From the NCBI GenBank assembly GCA_022813865.1, contig JALDZX010000036.1, positions 186,001 to 218,456 of the forward strand: a DNA stretch of 32,456 bases. Direction: 5' to 3'. The notes under the pieces were generated by a model. That model was not told the origin of the DNA, ran no database searches, and worked only from the letters and a program-made list of their open reading frames with translations. The position numbers were made by a program, and so were the translations under genes. This stretch comes from Xylographa opegraphella (taxonomy: Eukaryota). Of the stretch, positions 22,005 to 32,456 are shown in pieces (positions within the stretch are counted from its first letter, which is position 1; each line of letters begins with the position of its first letter).

Positions 22005-23792
22005 ATGGCAGGGTTACGTCCAGGAAAAGGTCTCTTAGATGGAGGATACGCCAACTTGTCTGCAATTTCTCGAAGTCCTAGCAATGTTGGCCCTTACCGA
22101 TGCGTCTTTTGTCAACAAAGAACATCTGCACTCCGTCAATTCTCTTCGTCTACCGTTCGACGTAAGGTAAATAACAATTCCGAAAGAGAGCCTTTTGGTT
22201 CGCGACTCCGTACTGCACTTCGGGACACCAAGATTAGGTGGTACCCCATACCTATAGGGTTGGGCATTGGGTTTCTCGGCTTTACTCAACTTTATAGACA
22301 ACAGCAACAAAGAGAAAAGATAAGGCGAGATGAAGCAGACGACATCAACCACAGTATTGGGGGAGATCATCAAGACGAGGGCGGAAAACCAAAGAAAAGG
22401 AAAAGAATACGGCCCAGTGGACCATGGTATGACATCTACATTGTCCATTGTCCTCACATGCGTGGTTGTGTAGCTAAAACTTGGTCGCAGGCAAGTTCAG
22501 GTTATGTCTACGCTACCGTTGAAAGCAATATCGCGTGTCTGGGGCCGATTCAATGAGTTGCAAATACCATACTATCTACGAGTTCCGGGTTTCAAACTAT
22601 ATTCGTGGATATTCGGCGTGAAGTAAGTACAACGAAGCACTCATGTATCTTGCCTAACTCATCTATCAGCCTTTCAGAGGTTCCAGAAGAAGACCTACAC
22701 GTCTATCCAAACCTTGCATCTTTCTTTTATCGGACCTTGAAGCTCGGAGTACGTCCATTGGACCCGAGATCAACGGCATTATTATCACCTGCAGATGGCC
22801 GAGTCCTCCAATATGGGACCATTGAGCATGGGGAGGTAGAACAGGTCAAAGGTATGACTTATAGTCTTGAAGCTTTGCTGGGTACGGAAACGTCCAAAAC
22901 TGGCACTTCATCACCCGAGCCTTCTTTAGGTGTGGCCAACAACAGCCACTCAGCACTGGAAGCCGAAAATGCCGATGTCATAAAAGCGGATGAAGAGTTC
23001 GCGAATGTCAATGGAATTTCGTATACCCTCCCAAACCTGCTGTCTGGACCACAAGGCGAAGAAGGCTCTGGCGCTTCCTCCACAATGGACGCGTCGACAA
23101 CGTCGAAATCCGCCTCCGTAGCTGAGGTGAGGGCCGATTTAGCACTTGGTGACGGGAGCACGGCTTCTTTATTCTCACCTTCCAAGAAAACAGACACGGG
23201 ATTGTATTACGTTGTGGTGTACCTAGCCCCCGGTGATTATCACCGCTTCCATTCTCCAACCTCGTGGGTTGTTGAGAAGCGTAGGCACTTTGCTGGAGAG
23301 CTCTACAGTGTGTCACCTTATCTTCAGCGAACTTTGCCAGGCTTATTCACGCTTAATGAACGCGTTGTTCTCTTAGGTCGCTGGCGTTGGGGATTTTTCA
23401 GCTTCACACCAGTTGGCGCAACAAACGTGGGATCCATCAAGATTAATTTTGACAGCGAACTACGAACCAACAGTCTGACCACCGATACTGCAGCTGACCG
23501 TGCGGCTGAAGAAGCTTCAGAGCGTGGCGAACCGTACTCCGGATTTGCGGAAGCTACATACGCTCAGGCCAGCAAATTACTAGGAGGACATGCTCTGCGC
23601 AGAGGGGAGGAAATGGGGGGCTTTCAACTAGGAAGTTCTATTGTGTTAGTCTTTGAAGCTCCAAAAGGACATCGTAAAAGCTTTGATGACGGGTTCGAGG
23701 AAGGCGAGCAGCAAGGAGGCTGGCGCTGGTGTGTACAGAAAGGCCAGAAGATAAAGTACGGCGAAGCTCTCGGCTGGGTCGATGAGTCCTGA
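22005..23792 (+). CDS. PSD1: Mitochondrial phosphatidylserine decarboxylase proenzyme; exons 22005-22426, 22491-22622, 22670-23792
   Basis: Presequence plus TM ([14 protein letters not shown]), then [59 protein letters not shown] and the autocleavage motif [11 protein letters not shown]. Confidence 0.95.
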
Positions 23793-24989
23793 TCGGGTAT
23801 CAGCAGGCCCATGCTGCCACTCAGAGACTGTGATGTGGGCATAGCAGCCGAGCCTACAACGAGTTCTTACGTCCCCACTTATGTTTACGCGTCACATGAT
23901 GGAAGACCACCACCCGATAAGAAGTTGGAGATTGTGTCCCGTCTTTGATACAGGAAATATTGATTATCCTCGAGCATTTTCGAAGCTATACTTGGACCAA
24001 AGGGATAATCAAGCACGTCGGCGAAGAGCTCAGTTGCCAACTACAGATCCAAGCATATTTACCTACTTCCTGAACTCGTTGCCACCATATAGGCTCCAAT
24101 ACTCTCTAATCCTCCGGATTTGAAGCGAAACATTCTGCAACTTCTTCATACCTCGCCATCGTTCACCATCAACAAATACCCAAAGATCCGAGAACATCCA
24201 GGTCCGTGATCCGTACATCCTTCTAGTCTCCCAAATTACGAAAGCGCTCCATTCCACAGATTGGAAGCTGGATCAATGACGCTTTAGCTCTCACACTCGT
24301 CCCAGCAGAGCCAACGACAACCCACTCCACAGAAACAGCGTCGAGAAAGGTATAGACATTATACATCCAATTTACTCCTACGCTCAGCAAACGCCGACCT
24401 TACGTCGCCATGTCACGTGTGGTTTTACATACCACACTGCCGCGCGGGCGACACTATCGCGGCTTCAGACACTTGCGGCTGTGAGTTGCGCTGATAAAGT
24501 ATGAGCCTTCAGGTTGCTATATAGTCAAACGCTGCCAGCTACGGCGCATACTCTCCTCAGATGTAGACAAACTCGTCCACGTTCCAATCAAAGTGAGAAG
24601 CACAACTACGAGCACAGCTCGCAGCACAAAGTCTATCGCGAAGCACAGGAACCCCTCTCTGCTCGCAGCAAGCGCGAGAGAAGAAGGGCCAATGTAATGC
24701 CTAACGTATGACAAACGCTCCAAACCGCCCGCCAAATAGCCCCATATGATGATCTTGACTATGTAATCCAGCATCGACAAGGACAAAGAATAAACGCCTC
24801 TTAACCAAAGCAGCAGTTTCGACCGCGCCGAGGAATTCCCCTTCTAGCCCTCCACTCCAGTGGACCAACCCCCAGCTGGCTAGCAGCGCCAACTTTTTAC
24901 ATCTCGCCATATCCATACGACCCGCAGGGACGTCGTTGCCTATATATCCACCAGCACCTCCGCACATCCACCCACGCTATATCCACACG

Positions 24990-25008
24990 ACACACACACA
25001 CACACACA
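24990..25008 (+). repeat. (AC)n microsatellite, about 9 units
   Basis: acacacacacacacacaca just downstream of the GT31 stop codon. Confidence 0.85.
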
Positions 25009-25025
25009 TGGTCTCCCGCTACCGC

Positions 25026-26632
25026 TCAACGCCCCCAACCATTCCAGTCCACACGGCCCTTACACTCGCCCATCTCGACCTGGAACTTCTCAATCCTGTC
25101 CATCTTCCACCCGCTGACCCAGGTGGACTGCAACCCGCGCTTGCTCTCGCCCATGCGGATGCTGTGGTGCAGGGCGCACTCTTGGTTGTGGTGTTGCCAC
25201 TGGAAGCAGTCGGCGTCAGCGTCGCAGGCTGCCTTGCAGTTGTCGGCGGATTCGGGGGAGGCGCGCTCGACAGCACCGAGTTCGGCCCAGGTGCGGCCGC
25301 TGTAGGAGCGGTCGGGGTCTTCTGGGGAAGGGGGGGTGTAGGTGATGTCGTCGGAGAGGTTGGTCCAGTCGGTGCGGGTGGGGAGGAGGGAGGGCTTGAC
25401 GAAGTGGTTGAAGATATCCATGAGGAGGAGTGGGGTCTGTGGCTTAAGAGGACAGTTAGCGTTGCGGTTGAAGATGGAGAGGAAGTTGGGTGCGGGAAGG
25501 GACATACAGTGATGCCTTGAGATTTGCGCTCTTGCTCGAAGTTCCACACTTGAGACACCTCCTGCGCAGTCATGTGGTGCATTGTGATGATGGGTTGACA
25601 CCACTGCCTTTTGGAGAAGGGAAGCGTGATCGGCTTCTCGCCGTTCATCAGTGGCCATGCCTTGGTTAGCTTTACATTTTCGTCAAGCAGAACGCGTCCG
25701 ATCATGCGATCTCCACAACAGATGCCATGAACGTCCTTGTCATATTTCGTCGCGATATCTGGATGCTTGCCCACAGCGGCTTCCATGGCCGCCTGCGAAA
25801 TGATATAGCCTGTCCCGCCATGCGCAAACTCGATGTCAAGGTAGGTGGGTGATCCGAAATAGTACGGCCTTTTTGGATCATATTTGTTGAGGAAAGTCCG
25901 CATGTTATCCCAGATTACGCCAGTATCGGCCTCTATAAAGATATACCACGGGACATCGGGGCGATATCTGTAAGTCTTCAATAGCATGTGGACAAATTTG
26001 TATTTATCCAGATTCCATCCATTAGCCCCTTCCTTGAGCGGGCGGGGATCCTCATGAAGCTTGTGGTATTCTTGTAAGAGCCGATACAAATCAAAATCAC
26101 CGTTGTCTTTCTTGATATCATCGGCGACTTCATCCAAAGTATCGATCACCATATGGCCTGCCATATCCATTTCCATATCCGAAAACAAGATGCTGTCATT
26201 GACGCAGCGCAGAGTTGTCATAAAATGTATGGGCAGCTTATCATAAGCTTCTGTTGCACCGGTCTTCATAACAACAAGAATATCTTTTGTATCCGGAAAG
26301 CCGTCGCAACCACCACTTATAGCCCCTGAGGTTGCCACTGTCGGAGTCGACACAGCTGTACTCGAAGTGCTCGTAGAGGTAGCGACCATTGTAGAGCTAA
26401 CGGTTGGCAGCAATGGTATCGGTAATCCCGGTCTCATTGTCACTTCAGACTCAGACGGCGACTTCGTCTCTCCATTTCCAAAAGTGGGAAGTTCTCCAGC
26501 GGGCCGCCGCCAGGCGCCGTCTCGTGTGTATATCGCACGGAAGGATATTATGACAGTGAGGAGGCATATTATCGATACGACGATGATGATGTCGCGCCGC
26601 GAAGACGAGGATCGAAGGCTGGTGAGAGGCAT
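25026..26632 (-). CDS. Glycosyltransferase family 31 (Fringe-like beta-1,3-glycosyltransferase), type II membrane protein; exons 26632-25508, 25436-25026
   Basis: N-terminal TM anchor, S/T-rich stem, VMKTGATE, GWNLDKYKF, WYIFIEADT, FAHGGTGYIIS, CCGD and WCQPIITMHH. Intron GTATGT..CAG leads to a Cys-rich PAN-like tail (CKAACDADADCFQW..C). Confidence 0.88.
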
Positions 26633-26944
26633 GGTAGTTCTGAAGATTCTTGGTTCAGGCAGACACGAAGCGCCCTGGATCCCTCAAGTCAGGAAAATGA
26701 CATTACAAAACAAGTGGAAGGGTAAAAGAGTTAAGCTACAACGTTGCAAGATATACTATGAAATTGTATCGGGAGTGAAAGTATGCATATGAACAGATCT
26801 GAAGTATTTACAGCCGCTGGTAGTGCTTTGTGCAAGAACAAGAATATTAAGGACCCTTAGCAGAGAGTTCAATGAGTTGCGCTAGGCCCAGAATAGTTAA
26901 TTGAACCTCTTGTAGTTATACCCTACCAGGGCTTGACGCCAGTA

Positions 26945-27428
26945 CAGGGCAGCGATTTTCTTTTTCAACAAGATAGTAAATTTTATAAAATATTAATAAA
27001 AAATAATTATGTAATTTTTTTTACATTTTGTTAAGAATAACGATATTTGAAAAATATATATCAAATTATTTATTAATGATATAAACGTAAATTTAAATTC
27101 AAATTAATTATTAATATATTATAATAATAATATATAAAAAAGTTTTTTTTTCATAATATTAAAACAAATTTTCAATACATTTCTAATAGCAATCAATAAA
27201 ATTTAAATATCATTATTTTATTTCATCGTGATTTATCCATTTCAATTTATTTTGTAAATTATTAAAAATATTTACATTTTCGAATAATAATTTATCGTTT
27301 CAAATAATAACGAATTTGATTTTAAAATAATTATACATATTTAAATTTGATTCAATTGTACGTAAAACTTGAAATAATTTAATTTAATTTAAAAATATTA
27401 AAGTTACGCTATCGAAATCACTGTGCTA
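26945..27428. mobile_element. AT-rich RIP-degenerated repeat relic (possible MITE/hAT-like remnant)
   Basis: Abrupt, very AT-rich island of ~480 bp in otherwise balanced DNA. Imperfect terminal inverted pair CAGGGCAGCGATTTT (26945-59) and the reverse complement of 27414-28, TAGCACAGTGATTTC, differing mainly by transitions. No TSD found. Confidence 0.55.
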
Positions 27429-27442
27429 TTGAACGATTCAAT

Positions 27443-27800
27443 TTATAACAGAGAAAACATGGAATTTCTGCTTGCAGTCTTTATTTTTGCTTGCATAGTT
27501 TCAGTCTCGAGATATCTGATTTGCATAACCGAGGCATTGCTCAGAATGTCGATAGCTTGTTCAATCAACTTGACGCTCTCGACCTCGGCGTGAGCGGCGA
27601 TGACCTTTGCTTTTTCACCCTTTATGTGCAAAGCCACTCTTCAGCTCGATCATCATATTCCTCCCGTGCAGTTCGGTCATCCACCGTCATTGTGCTTTGA
27701 TATTAAAATTTGTTATTCGCGCTGTTTGCCCTCGTATGATCGTCGCGTGCATTGCAGCCTGGTTGACCTAATGTTCAATACCAAGGCGAATGTTTGGATA
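27443..27800 (-). pseudogene. Decayed stomatin/band-7 (SPFH) gene fragment
   Basis: KVIAAHAEVESVKLIEQAIDILSNASVMQIRYLE resembles the fungal stomatin C-terminus (KVIAARAEVESAKLMRQAADILSSAPAMQIRYLE, from memory). The upstream part is frameshifted or deleted and there is no intact start. Confidence 0.72.
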
Positions 27801-28007
27801 TGCAGTGCAGATATGTATCCTTGATGACTGTGCCCGTACGGAAATCATGCATATATCCTAATACAGCCTCCTCATTACTCTTTATTTAGTTTATGCCAAG
27901 ACCATCCACGAAATTTCTAGGAACATGTGTTTCCATTATCTGCTGGATCCCACATCTCATTGCAATATTGCGTATCGCAGGTATTTAGACTCTCGGAGGG
28001 TTCCGGA

Positions 28008-28499
28008 TCAAAAGGTTTGTGGAATTGGTTTTGATGTTGTGGAAGTTTTGGGACGTTTCGATGGATCTTGAGCGCAGACCTGGCATTGCTTAAGCAAGAA
28101 GATAACGTCAGACCGCAGTATACCATAGTATACAATGCTGACATGTCTCCATGTAGCATCCCAACCCAGATGGTCGTGCTCCTCATGTGTAGACCTCACA
28201 ACGTCCACAATCGCATCCTCTGTAACGACGATTCGATGCTCGTCTTTGCTGGTTTTGCCACTAGCCAGCAGATCTCGCATGTTCTCGTCCCATAGGAAAG
28301 TCTTTCGAACGTAGTTCCGTCTGCTGAACTCTTCCTGAGATGATGGACGTTTGGACGGGTTCGTCAGCCACTCGATTATGATCTCCCTATCTGCCCGGGA
28401 CACACGCCGATTGTTAGGATTCTTACGAACATAATCCAAAAATGCCGTTGTCGTGCTTGAACTGAAACTAACGATGTTGTTTGAGTAGACGCCCGTCAT
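28008..28499 (-). CDS. 163-aa protein with an integrase-type H2C2 zinc-binding domain and no catalytic core
   Basis: Intact ATG ORF containing VVRSTHEEHDHLGWDATWRHVSIVYYGILRSDVIFLLKQCQVC (H..H..CxxC). It stops soon after, with no DDE/rve domain. Confidence 0.8.
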   Translation of the reverse strand: MTGVYSNNIVSFSSSTTTAFLDYVRKNPNNRRVSRADREIIIEWLTNPSKRPSSQEEFSRRNYVRKTFLWDENMRDLLASGKTSKDEHRIVVTEDAIVDVVRSTHEEHDHLGWDATWRHVSIVYYGILRSDVIFLLKQCQVCAQDPSKRPKTSTTSKPIPQTF

Positions 28500-28945
28500 G
28501 GTGCTGCCCCGCCAATGAAATGTGCGGGTTGATGCTCTTTACCGCAGGCGTACGCCTCCAGTCGAGGCTAAACCTCGAATGGAGGCTATGCTATTTATAT
28601 ATGAAAGCCTTCGTCGTCCCATGTCGTACACGAAATCTGATGGCACGCAAAGAAACATTTATATCAAATATCTGTTTGTGAATCTAGCTTTTTGTTCATA
28701 CAAGTTCCAATCGTTTGGATATAATCCTCCGGCTTCACTTTCATATCCTAGTCGAGTTTTCTATTTTTGACACAGGAATTGACTTGATATACTGATGTTT
28801 TCCCTGGCAAGTTGAGCTAAAGTAACTGGTGACGGTTTCGACAGACTCTTGTAGCGCTTCATGGGGATTCTCTTTGATACACTCAAATTTTCATCACAAG
28901 TGTCTCCCTTCACTAGACGACTCTGACCACCTTTTCACAAGGGCA

Positions 28946-30253
28946 ATGGCACCTTTAAACTCGACAATACCATATACCACATCAAATTTATCTGCTTTAG
29001 CACAGGGCTGGGTAGATCAACCTGCAGGCCGTGGAACACTCGGCATACTCTTCAGCTGTATCACAACTATCTTCTTGTGTAGTTGGTCGGTATTGTGTCT
29101 CAATATCCCAGAGTCTGAAAAGAGCCGCTGGAGCTTCCTCAAATACAAGCTTCGCTGGCAGCTTTTTGCGATCATGTTTCCAGAAGTTGTTACGAGCATG
29201 GCTGCAGAACAATGGGAATCGGCCAATCAAAGCGTTCAAGAATTTAGAAGACTAGGCTTTCCACAATGGACGATGTGTCATGCCTTTTTTGCGGATATGG
29301 GGGGGTTTCTCCTCCAATGTCCAGACGTCCCCTTGTTTCCTGTGGACAGTGAACAGCTTGCATATTTGGTAGAGAAAAAACACTTGCGGTTTCCAGAGGT
29401 TGATGAGGAAATCATTCGGGATCGAAACAAAGCTGATGGATTCGCACGCCTGATCACCTGCGTGCAGATTACATGGTTTTTCATACAGTGCCTGGCGCGT
29501 TGGGGACAAGGACTTGGACTTTCGACGCTGGAGATTACCACCTTTGCGACTATCCTGGCTACTCTGAACAGCCTATTTTTCTGGTTTCACAAGCCGCTTG
29601 ATGTTGAAACCCCTATCATTCTTCGAAGCGAGAGTCGCGTTGCTGATATACTCATTACTGCTGGAGACCGCGCATGCGAGCCTTACGCCCGGACTCCGTT
29701 GGATTTTCTGAAGTCGCCGCCTGTAAGCACAAGCATTGTAGCACCATTCTGGTTCGCCATGGGTGTAGTGTTCGATTTTGACAAGGAGTCTCGTTCACGT
29801 CCTATTAAGAGATTCGGGAATACCAAGACCCGGCCTCCAGTAGGAATCACCACTCGAGAGACTATTTATGGAATTCTATTCGAGCTTGTTTACTTTGGTG
29901 TACACCTTCTCAGCTGGAATGAACTCTTCCCCACGCAAGCGGAGCTTCTTCTTTGGCGTGTCTCTAACTTGGTCCTCCTGGGTTTGTTGATTATATATTT
30001 AATTGTTATTCCAATTGGCGTACTATCGTCCAGACCATTTTCTCGAAAGTGGTTATTGAAGGAAGTTGATACTCCTTTAGAAGTTGCTGCTCAACTTCCT
30101 AAATGGGCTCAAGTTATTATTCATGTGCCTTTTCTGGCTGCGTATGTGTCAGCACGGTCTTATATCCTTTTGGAGGGTTTGATCAGTCTGCGAGCTTTGT
30201 CGCTTAATGTTTATGTTGATATCACGTGGGCGAACTTTTTGCCACATATATAA
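28946..30253 (+). CDS. Multi-pass membrane protein of an uncharacterised fungal family (~435 aa)
   Basis: Intronless, first ATG 28946. Motifs GWVDQPAGRGTLGILFSCITTIFLCSWSVLCLNIP, WTMCHAFFADMGGF, IRDRNKAD, LEITT..FWFHKPLDV, LSWNELFPT and WANFLPHI, with about 7-8 hydrophobic segments. Confidence 0.82.
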   Translation: MAPLNSTIPYTTSNLSALAQGWVDQPAGRGTLGILFSCITTIFLCSWSVLCLNIPESEKSRWSFLKYKLRWQLFAIMFPEVVTSMAAEQWESANQSVQEFRRLGFPQWTMCHAFFADMGGFLLQCPDVPLFPVDSEQLAYLVEKKHLRFPEVDEEIIRDRNKADGFARLITCVQITWFFIQCLARWGQGLGLSTLEITTFATILATLNSLFFWFHKPLDVETPIILRSESRVADILITAGDRACEPYARTPLDFLKSPPVSTSIVAPFWFAMGVVFDFDKESRSRPIKRFGNTKTRPPVGITTRETIYGILFELVYFGVHLLSWNELFPTQAELLLWRVSNLVLLGLLIIYLIVIPIGVLSSRPFSRKWLLKEVDTPLEVAAQLPKWAQVIIHVPFLAAYVSARSYILLEGLISLRALSLNVYVDITWANFLPHI

Positions 30254-30443
30254 TTGATGATTGTGCTTCAGCTCTCTTGATGTATAGAGAGCATCAAAGG
30301 GAATCTTGTAATAAGCTCTTCAAGTTCGATATATTGAAAATTTGTAATGAATCACACCGGCAGGCCTAAAGGACCTGAAATGAATAATCCTCCTCAAATC
30401 GTATAAGGCCGAAGTAATACACCAAAAGCATCACACACTTGTT

Positions 30444-31964
30444 TCATTTGCCTTGCTTTGGGGCCTCCTTTGTTTTCCAAGTCGAGTTTCTTGCTATAAG
30501 ATACTCGCCACTTTCAATGGCTTTACGAAGTCCCCTAAGTCCACCTAAGGGCCAGAGCTGAAGCGCCCATTCATCCCAACCATTATTGGCCACCTGTTTA
30601 TCAGTATTCGAATCCACTTTCACTTTATGCCAAACGCTGAGCAACGATTCAGCTTTGTATATTTTACGCAGATCTTCATACCACTGTCGATCAAACATCT
30701 CCCAAAACTCGTCCTCTTCATAGTATGTATGAGCGTAAAGCCATTTCATGCCCCCAAGTTGCCGAAGTTTATGCTCCAGCTCGCGATTCTTTGCGACAAA
30801 TCTGTCGTGCTGAGCAGGACCGAAACCCCAAAGGCCAACATTGAGCATTGGCTTCAATGTTTTGCCGTCTGCTTCTGTTTCGGGAAAGTGAGGATGCATT
30901 GTTGGAAGGCGAGTTTGGCGTAACGGACATAGCCATAAAGGCCATATACCAAAGGATTCGGTTGTGTAATCAATGAAATTTTCCACTGTGGAATAGGGGA
31001 GTGCAAGATCTTGAACGATGTAGTTCCTAGACTGCCCACTAGCATGAAGAGCTTTATATAGCATCCTCGTATGCAAGAAATCGTCGAGCCACCAGCGAGT
31101 AAACTGAGTGAAGGGGAATTTAAAGTACTCGAATGCGGAAGCTCCGACCCAAAACCCTCCTCGATCGTACCGGAAAAGATACTCGGCCAACGGAATGTAT
31201 TCATGAACAGGTCCGACGCACTCGAGAGTTTTCTCCTTTACATGTAGATAATACCAGGGATCGTTTGCGTCGCTAAAACTTTGTACTTGAGCAGCGGCCG
31301 GGATATCGTCTGTTAAAGAGCCAGTAATGACGACGCCATGTTGTTTCGAGAAAAGAATACCGTCCACATAGTCAAGTTCTGGGTTCAGGGTTTCCTCTTT
31401 TATTTTCTTAATTGTTTCGGGGATGGATCTCAAGGAATGATATGTAGTTTTGACGTATTTCTTTGCTTGTATAAGCTGTAGCTCAAGCAGAGTTGTGATC
31501 CCTAAACTTCCTACTGCGCCCGAAGCGCCATGTAACAGATCCTGGTTTTCTTTATTCGAGGCAGTAACGACCTCTCCATTGCCAAGTACAATTTCCACAG
31601 AATTGACAATTTCGTTGAAGTATCCATACTTGAATGAGCTGCTCTCGCCCCCTGTGCCTGCAAACCCACCCCCAGCGGTAATCCCAGGGAACTCCATGAC
31701 CACTGGTGGAATCAAGCCGTGTTTTATTGTTGCTTCGACGAGACGGTCCATTGGCACGTTTGGCTCAACTAATGCAGTTCTTGCTTGGGAGTCAATTTTC
31801 ACAACCCGAGAGAGAGAGCTTATATCAACCATTCTCTCGGGCCGGTGTACTGTCTGACGTGTGCTATTCGTTGAGCCATGGTAAATCCTGAAAGGTTCGC
31901 GACGATTGAAGTAATGTCGTACACTAGCAGCGATTTTTTCGACAGCCTGTTTATGGTTCTGCAT
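30444..31964 (-). CDS. FAD-binding oxidoreductase, Delta24-sterol reductase (DHCR24/DWF1)-like
   Basis: Intronless, first ATG 31964 (the track start at 32030 is GTG). Motifs HGSTNSTR, VEPNVPMDRLV, PVVMEFPGITAGGGFAGTGGESSSFKYG, YLFRYDRG, VQDLALP, WPLWLCP and GGMKWLYAHTYY. Confidence 0.88.
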   Translation of the reverse strand: MQNHKQAVEKIAASVRHYFNRREPFRIYHGSTNSTRQTVHRPERMVDISSLSRVVKIDSQARTALVEPNVPMDRLVEATIKHGLIPPVVMEFPGITAGGGFAGTGGESSSFKYGYFNEIVNSVEIVLGNGEVVTASNKENQDLLHGASGAVGSLGITTLLELQLIQAKKYVKTTYHSLRSIPETIKKIKEETLNPELDYVDGILFSKQHGVVITGSLTDDIPAAAQVQSFSDANDPWYYLHVKEKTLECVGPVHEYIPLAEYLFRYDRGGFWVGASAFEYFKFPFTQFTRWWLDDFLHTRMLYKALHASGQSRNYIVQDLALPYSTVENFIDYTTESFGIWPLWLCPLRQTRLPTMHPHFPETEADGKTLKPMLNVGLWGFGPAQHDRFVAKNRELEHKLRQLGGMKWLYAHTYYEEDEFWEMFDRQWYEDLRKIYKAESLLSVWHKVKVDSNTDKQVANNGWDEWALQLWPLGGLRGLRKAIESGEYLIARNSTWKTKEAPKQGK

Positions 31965-32061
31965 GACAGACTCTTGAGGGTGCAAATCGATAGAGCGCAC
32001 CACGCAGCACAGCCAGAGCAGTGTAGACACAATGTCGATGGCAGAGCAATTAACTGAACGC

Positions 32062-32456
32062 GAGTGAACGAGTTTTTGGCGGCCGAGTTGTGACCGCCGA
32101 GCCTGTGACCGCCGAGCTTGTGACCGCCGAGCTTGTGACCGCCGAGCTTGTGACCGCCGAGCTTTTGACCGCCGAGCTTTTGGCGGACGACTTTCTGGCG
32201 AACGACTTTCTGGGCAACATGAATGTTAAGCAGATACTTCGTAATTTGCTTCGTAAAGTTTCTTCGGGTTAATACACGGCCCGATATCGATATAAAACCT
32301 CGAGTCCTCGAGAAATACGCACGGAAAAAGCCCCAAAAAATTCTCAAATACTCAGTAACGAAAATGATTTAAGAAATAATAATTAATACTCAACCTGTTG
32401 AAAATCAGGGCGTTAGCAGTCTGTGTTGTTGGTCCTTTACTATAGCCGATTAGGCC
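32062..32456. mobile_element. Probable terminus of a DNA transposon (Mutator/MULE-like TIR with subterminal repeats), running off the window
   Basis: Begins GAGTGAACGAG followed directly by the 15-bp array and more AT-rich sequence. The partner end and transposase are not in the window. Confidence 0.45.
32068..32216 (+). repeat. Tandem array of ten ~15-bp units (CCGAGCTTGTGACCG core, ACGACTTTCTGGCGA variants)
   Basis: Units start at 32068, 32083 (14 bp), 32097, 32112, 32127, 32142, 32157, 32172, 32187 and 32202. The three central units are identical. Confidence 0.92.

Noticed and set aside
24517..24967. Two short minus-strand ORFs, one with a hydrophobic segment
   Set aside because: Non-ATG starts and no supported exon structure. 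They may be the 3' UTR of the GT31 gene; RNA-seq is needed.
31820..32347. 175-aa ORF with KLGGH repeats; also considered as a CRISPR-like array
   Set aside because: It is a translation of the 15-bp DNA tandem repeat. There are no unique spacers and the context is eukaryotic.
26945..32456. Starship giant-transposon interpretation of the accessory block
   Set aside because: No tyrosine-recombinase captain gene or boundary direct repeats are visible in this window.

Overview
Gene-dense genomic DNA from a filamentous ascomycete (short GT-AG introns with CTRAC branch points; no prokaryotic features, tRNA, rRNA or CRISPR seen). Bases 1-26.9 kb are mostly core genes: Rax1-like RGS membrane protein, TRM44, AMID/AIFM2-like oxidoreductase, RING-LysM-UBA-like protein, RPS22 (uS8) carrying an intronic H/ACA snoRNA whose guides match snR44 targets, a mitochondrial PPR protein, a histidine acid phosphatase, two secreted proteins, PSD1 and a GT31 glycosyltransferase. 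From about 26.9 kb the window looks accessory. A RIP-like AT-rich relic and a decayed stomatin fragment precede three intronless genes (solo integrase-type H2C2 zinc-finger protein, multi-TM protein, DHCR24/DWF1-like FAD oxidoreductase), which are followed by a 15-bp tandem array resembling a DNA-transposon end. A recurring C-rich to G-rich strand-skew flip occurs at 4-5 sites regardless of gene content. Gene models were spliced by hand and family calls come from motif recognition, not database searches.
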